Source of the DNA: Mantamonas sphyraenae STR306 | Taxonomy: Eukaryota > Protista > CRuMs | Length of the DNA stretch: 64,000 nucleotides | Direction of reading: 5' to 3' | NCBI GenBank assembly: GCA_026936335.1 | Contig: JAPMXV010000040.1 | Location: 62,001 to 126,000 of the forward strand | Shown here: positions 59,240-64,000 of the stretch, piece after piece | Numbering within the stretch: position 1 is the first letter of the stretch | How the letters are laid out: every line of letters begins with the position of its first letter | Made by a program: the position numbers and the translations under genes | Notes under the pieces: model-generated | The model's database searches: none | What the model was told of the DNA's origin: nothing | The model's input: only the letters and a program-made list of their open reading frames with translations

Positions 59240-60793
59240 TCACCTCCTCTTCCTGCGCACACTCTCCAGGTACTCTTCCAGACCAGGCAGGCTTCCTCGC
59301 TCCTTCTCCCCGCGCACAATCTTGGCTGCCCACTTGCGCTCCGCCTCCATGCAGATGTCCTTGATGTTGCGTCCGCTCATCCCGTGGCTCTTGGTGCTCA
59401 GCTGAACCAGCTCGTACTCACTCAGCTGCTTGGCATACAGCTTGAAGATTGCCTTGCGCGACTCGTTGTCTGGCAGACCAAACTCCACCGTCAGAGCAAA
59501 GCGCGACTGCAACGCCTCATCCAGATCTTGCCTGCGGTTCGTCGCCCCAATCAGCACCGTCTTGTCGTTGACGTTGAACCCGTCCACCTTGCGCAGGAGC
59601 ACGCTCAGCATGCGACGCGACGCTTCGTGCTGGTCCCTGTCCCTGGACATTCCCACAGCGTCGATCTCGTCAATGAACACCAGGCACTCGCCCAGCTCCC
59701 TGCTCAGCTCAAAGATGGTCGCCAGTCGCTTTTCGCTCTCGCCATACCACTTGGAAATGATGCTCTCCAGGGGAATGTACACCAGGGGCACTCCTGCCTG
59801 GCTGGCCATGATGCGTGCACTGGTTGTCTTGCCACACCCTGGAGGCCCTTCAAACAACACTGCCTTGGGTCGGTTGCTCTCGGGTGTCTGTCGTGTGCCT
59901 CTGCTGATCTCGTTGAACACTTCCTGGTGCTCAAACGCAAGCAACACCGAATCCTGGATTTCCCGCTTCACCGACTCGTAGCCAGCCAGCACAGACCAAT
60001 CCAACGACGAGTCCAGGCCGTGGTCACCTGCCACGTACACCTTGACCCCGAGTTCCTGCAACTGCGCTTCAATCTCTCGTCTGCGCTTCAGTTGCTTCTC
60101 CTTCTCCGTCATCGGATCCAGCATGGCGATGCGCGAGCGAAGCAGACGACACGCTTCAATCACAGCCTCCACCTCGCTCAGGCTCATTTCGCCACTGGCC
60201 ACATGGAACTCCACCTTCCACTGCGCCTGATCAGCCTCCTGGCCATCCTGGCGTAGCAAGTACTCTACACGCACCGTCGTACCCTCCTCCAGCTTGGGCA
60301 GCACCCGAAGTTGCAGAGCACTGTGCAGCCGTGACGGCAGATACAGCGAGAACAGCGCACGGTCCACGTCGAGGCCGATCACGCCCGTCTTGCCTTGCAG
60401 CGCAAACTCGGGCTTGCTCTTGCCACTGTCGTCCCCTGCATCGGCTGCCAAAGCCGTCTCAATCATAGCCTTGGCCTTGCGGAACGACACACGCTCGTCC
60501 ATACCACTCGCATGCACCACACCGCTGCTGCTGCTTTCGTCCACCTGGTGGCGTTGCATCACAAGCGCCGTCATGCCCCCTGCTGCCAATGCTCCTGCCA
60601 CCACCGAAGACAACACCCCCAAACCACGCGAATCGCTTTGCGCCCCTCCTGCTCCGTGTTCTGTGCGGCTGCTGCTGTGTATGCTGCGCACAGGCCCGTT
60701 CAGGCACTTTGCGCGCGCTTCCGCATTTGTCGTCCGCGCCGTGCCCATTTGGCCGTGTCGTTTGGCTACACTGCGACCAAGCATCGTTCGCAT
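59240..60793 (-). CDS. Single-module AAA+ ATPase, probably mitochondrial and membrane-anchored
   Basis: Arg-rich N-terminus, hydrophobic segment, RPKAVLFEGPPGCGKT, FIDEID, GATNR..DLDEAL.SRF. Start uncertain (ORF open to 60967). Confidence 0.85.
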   Translation of the reverse strand: MRTMLGRSVAKRHGQMGTARTTNAEARAKCLNGPVRSIHSSSRTEHGAGGAQSDSRGLGVLSSVVAGALAAGGMTALVMQRHQVDESSSSGVVHASGMDERVSFRKAKAMIETALAADAGDDSGKSKPEFALQGKTGVIGLDVDRALFSLYLPSRLHSALQLRVLPKLEEGTTVRVEYLLRQDGQEADQAQWKVEFHVASGEMSLSEVEAVIEACRLLRSRIAMLDPMTEKEKQLKRRREIEAQLQELGVKVYVAGDHGLDSSLDWSVLAGYESVKREIQDSVLLAFEHQEVFNEISRGTRQTPESNRPKAVLFEGPPGCGKTTSARIMASQAGVPLVYIPLESIISKWYGESEKRLATIFELSRELGECLVFIDEIDAVGMSRDRDQHEASRRMLSVLLRKVDGFNVNDKTVLIGATNRRQDLDEALQSRFALTVEFGLPDNESRKAIFKLYAKQLSEYELVQLSTKSHGMSGRNIKDICMEAERKWAAKIVRGEKERGSLPGLEEYLESVRRKRR

Positions 60794-61051
60794 GGATTGT
60801 CCACGTGTTGCATGGTTTGTGTGCACAGTTGCCGTCTGGGTCTGCCACTGCACACAGCCCTTGCTTGCTTTCCATGTCGTCACCACCCCCTCACGTGTCT
60901 CGTCCATTGTTCGTCCAACAATGCGCCCACGCACACAGGCGTGCTTGGGAAGTGCTCGAACAAACATGCGGTTGAGCTGGGATGGACGATGTGGGATGTG
61001 GATGCGCCGGCGCTTCCACCTTCTTCACCTCTCCCCGTTTGCTTGCTGCTC

Positions 61052-64000
61052 ATGGACGAGTTGGACGAGCTGGACGAGTCGCACCTCGACGACATCTTTG
61101 CTCTGCTCCAGGCCAGTGTGAGCAGAGACTATGACGAAGCCACCGATGCCAGTGACACCCTCTCAGCCCTCACCAAGAAACCCGGGTACGCCCTGCAACT
61201 CACGGTACGTTTTGCTGCTCCCCTGCCCCCGTTCCACCCATGTCACGTCACCGTACCATTCGCTTACCTTGTCTTTCTCCCTCTCAGACGGTGCTCATGG
61301 CCGACGACGACGTGGATGAGCTCGTGCGCTTGCAGGCGATTCTCCAGCTCAAGAATTGCATTGAGCGCTACTGGCGCCCAAAGGCGAAGAAGTGAGTGGC
61401 CATGCATGCCACACAACCATGCCGCGGAAGCCCGACATTCATGTCCCGGGTGCTTGGTGCAGCCACAGTGCACGTCTGGTGGAGCAAACACGTGCGGAAC
61501 ACTGACGCCCTGAAACCTCACCAAACCACCGCGGGGCCCCACTGCAGTGCGTTGGACACAGACGCGAGACATGCCATCCGCGAGCAGTTGCTGAATCTGG
61601 TCGATGAGAAGGACGATAGGGTGCGTGACAGCGTTGTGTGCATGCATCGCAAGCGGAAAGGGCTTGTCGTTTGTTGTCCCTCTCTGCGTCTGCTGACACG
61701 TCCTCCTGTGGTCACTGCTTCGCACGCGTGCTTTTGTTCCTTTGCCAACCGTTCCAGATTGCATTGTATGCAGGACTCAACCTGGCGTCGATTGCCCGTT
61801 GGGACATCGAGCGCGATTGGGACGGGTATGTGCCTTTCCTGATCGACGTGATCACCTCGACCGAAAACGACTCGCCGTTCGAACTGCCCCGGCAGCGAGC
61901 CCTCCTGTTTCTGCACTACCTGGTCAAGAAGATGGAGGGACGGTGTCTACCTGTGCACCGACAGATGTTTGCCCAGCTGGCTGGGAACGTGTTTGGGTAC
62001 ATTGTGGACATGTGGGAGGTGCAGACACACGCATACCAGCAGGCGCTGTTTGATGACGAAGAGTGCCATGAGCAGGAGATGTTGGACGCAGCAGGTCTGT
62101 CCCTGCTGTGTCTCAAGTCGTTGCGGCGGCTGATTGCGCGCGGGTTCCAAGACTACACACAGGACAAGGATGCCATGCGGCTTATGGATCAGGTGGTGGG
62201 CCACCAGGTGAATGACCTGTGCGAGCTGATCGATAGGGTGCCGTACGACTCGCCATTTGCCAAGGTGCTGCAAAAGAGTTTGTGGACGGTGATGAAGATG
62301 CTGGTGGAGCTGCAGCGGGTGCAGCCCATGGCGTTTGGCGACGCCCACCTGGTGTCTGCGTTGGAGGTGGCCCACGATGCGATCGACAGCTACGAAGGGC
62401 CCGTGTGTGCAGCCAAGGTTGCTGACGGCTACCCGGAACGCTTCATTATTCACTGCATGTCGTTGATGGGCAGCGTGCTGCACTGCATCGAGTACAACGA
62501 GGACAAAGAGAGCAAGGTGCATCACACTCTGCAGGAGCTGTTTGACGAGGAGTTTGCCTCGCAGTTCCTGTCCATGATGCTGCACAAGTACTTGGCTCTG
62601 CAGGAGGACGATTTTGAGGTGTGGGCGGAAGACCCAGAGATGTTTCTGTTTGAACAAAAGGTGGATGGGGTGGAAGAAGTGATGCGTCCGTGTGCAGAGC
62701 ATGTGTGCACACAGCTGGTGCGCAACTACAGCCAGGCGTGCACGCCGTTTCTGAACTGGGCCATCGAAAACATCAGCACGGCGGGAGAGTTGGAAGGCCA
62801 TCACGAGGAGATGGAGATGGCGGATGCTATGCTGCGATTGTTGAGCATCTGCTACGATGACCTGTGGATGGTGTTGGACTACCGCACGTGGGTGGTGGAC
62901 ACGTTGGTTCCGTTGCTGCGCAGCAGCAGCGACGAGCTTCTTGTGCTGCGCTACCGTGGGGCACACATGCTGGGCACATGGAGTGCCGAAATGACCACAA
63001 AGACCAAGCTGCGGCCAAAGGTGTACGCACTGGTGATCGAGGAGCTGATGGAGAGCCGCGATCTGGTGGTACGGCTGACCACAGCCATGGCCATGAAGCT
63101 GATGATCGACTGTGGCGAGTTTCAGGCGTCCGAGTTTGTAGAGTACACAGAAGAGTGGATGAACCAGCTGTTTGAGCTGCTGAACACAGTGCACGAATAT
63201 GACAGCAAGCTGGAGTTGCTGCAGATCCTGTCGCTGTCCATCTTCCGCTTGGGCCGCCAGGTGGACGCATGCACGCCTCGTATCATGACCATCCTGGAAG
63301 ACTGTTGGCAACAGGAGGAGCTGATGAAGTGCAACGTGGTGGTGGCCCTGTTCCGACTTGTGGACGCGATCGGCGAGCGCGTGGTGGATTACTACGACGC
63401 CTTGATCCCGCTGCTGGACTTTGCGATGGATGTGGACGAACCGGAACATCCGCTGTTGGTGGAAGATGCCCTGACGTTGTGGAGCAGTGTGCTAAAGGCG
63501 TCGCCCGAGTACACGCCGGAGTTGGCGGATCTGTTTGAGCGGCTGCCGACGGTGCAGGAGCACAACTTGGACATGACGATGAGCTGCATGAGTTTGGTGC
63601 AGAGCTACCTAAAACTGGGCCAGAGCGACTTTCTTGACAGGCATGCAGACGCGGTGCGTGACATGCTGGACTTTATTCTGCCGATGGTGCAGGATGAGGC
63701 GATGCACACGATTCTGCAAACGCTGGATATTGGCGTGCAGCTGTTCCCCGACGACATGGCACACGAGTTTGGGGGAGTGCTGGAAATGTTGCTGGAGAAC
63801 CTGCTGGACAAGGACAACCCGCCGCTGCCCAACAGCATGGGCGCGTACGTCTCGCTCTTCGCTCGTCTGGCTGTACAGAACACAGAGGTGTTTGAAGAGT
63901 TGATGGGAAGCATGGGCGAGGACGCGTTGACGGTGTTTGTGGAAGTTTCGCTGGAGAGCTTCGACCTGTTGTTCAGTGAGGTGCACCGCAATATCACGGT
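61052..64000 (+). CDS. IPO11: Importin-11 (Kap120) karyopherin, 3'-truncated; introns 61205-61287, 61392-61547, 61621-61757
   Basis: VRLQAILQLKNCIERYWR, IARWD...W, EVWAEDPE, DLVVRLT; the HEAT-repeat frame stays open to the window end. Confidence 0.82.

Noticed and set aside
4198-60793. Apparent mitochondrial/lipid gene cluster (CLS, ABC1 kinase, PEMT, PHB1, AAA ATPase)
   Set aside because: Spread over more than 50 kb among unrelated housekeeping genes; compatible with chance.
57362-60793. Adjacent VPS4 and second AAA ATPase as a tandem duplication
   Set aside because: Different N-terminal domains and family motifs; similarity is limited to the generic AAA core.
47-63997. Many long antisense or alternate-frame ORFs (e.g. 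29498-31528+, 41043-43013-, 58295-60256+, 61947-63449-)
   Set aside because: Shadow ORFs of real genes in GC-rich, codon-biased DNA; they carry no recognisable motifs.
1-64000. Stop-codon reassignment
   Set aside because: TGA, TAG and TAA all terminate genes at expected positions, and I found no in-frame stops in exons.

Overview
Eukaryotic nuclear DNA from a very gene-dense, GC-rich genome, most likely a flagellated protist. I can support 32 protein-coding genes (30 complete, 2 cut by the window edges) in the standard genetic code; 25 of the 30 stops are TGA. They are split by about 38 GT-AG introns, mostly 70-230 nt, many carrying CA/GT microsatellites. Most intergenic spacers are only about 35-100 bp, including divergent pairs. 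Genes: calmodulin-like fragment, two SDRs, ferric reductase, UNC119, bacterial-type cardiolipin synthase, two tandem GT61-like proteins, a Cys-rich membrane protein, a 4564-aa DNAH6-like axonemal dynein, URM1, an ABC1 kinase, a BC-box/LRR protein, DPH5, hyccin, a PRAS40-like protein, a CPRAS-like vWA protein, RPS27, a membrane-anchored sedolisin, FHA and kelch proteins, a NECAB homologue, RPP21, acyl-CoA oxidase, the TSET subunit TSAUCER/TASH3, PEMT, PP1 inhibitor-2, prohibitin, VPS4, an organellar AAA ATPase and importin-11. TSET together with axonemal dynein points to a flagellated non-opisthokont. I found no rRNA, tRNA, CRISPR or transposon, and no convincing multi-gene novel system. The best leads are single-gene architectures (TSAUCER motif tail, NECAB and PRAS40 outside animals, TM-anchored sedolisin) and the genome organisation. 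All family calls rest on motif recognition from memory, not on database searches.
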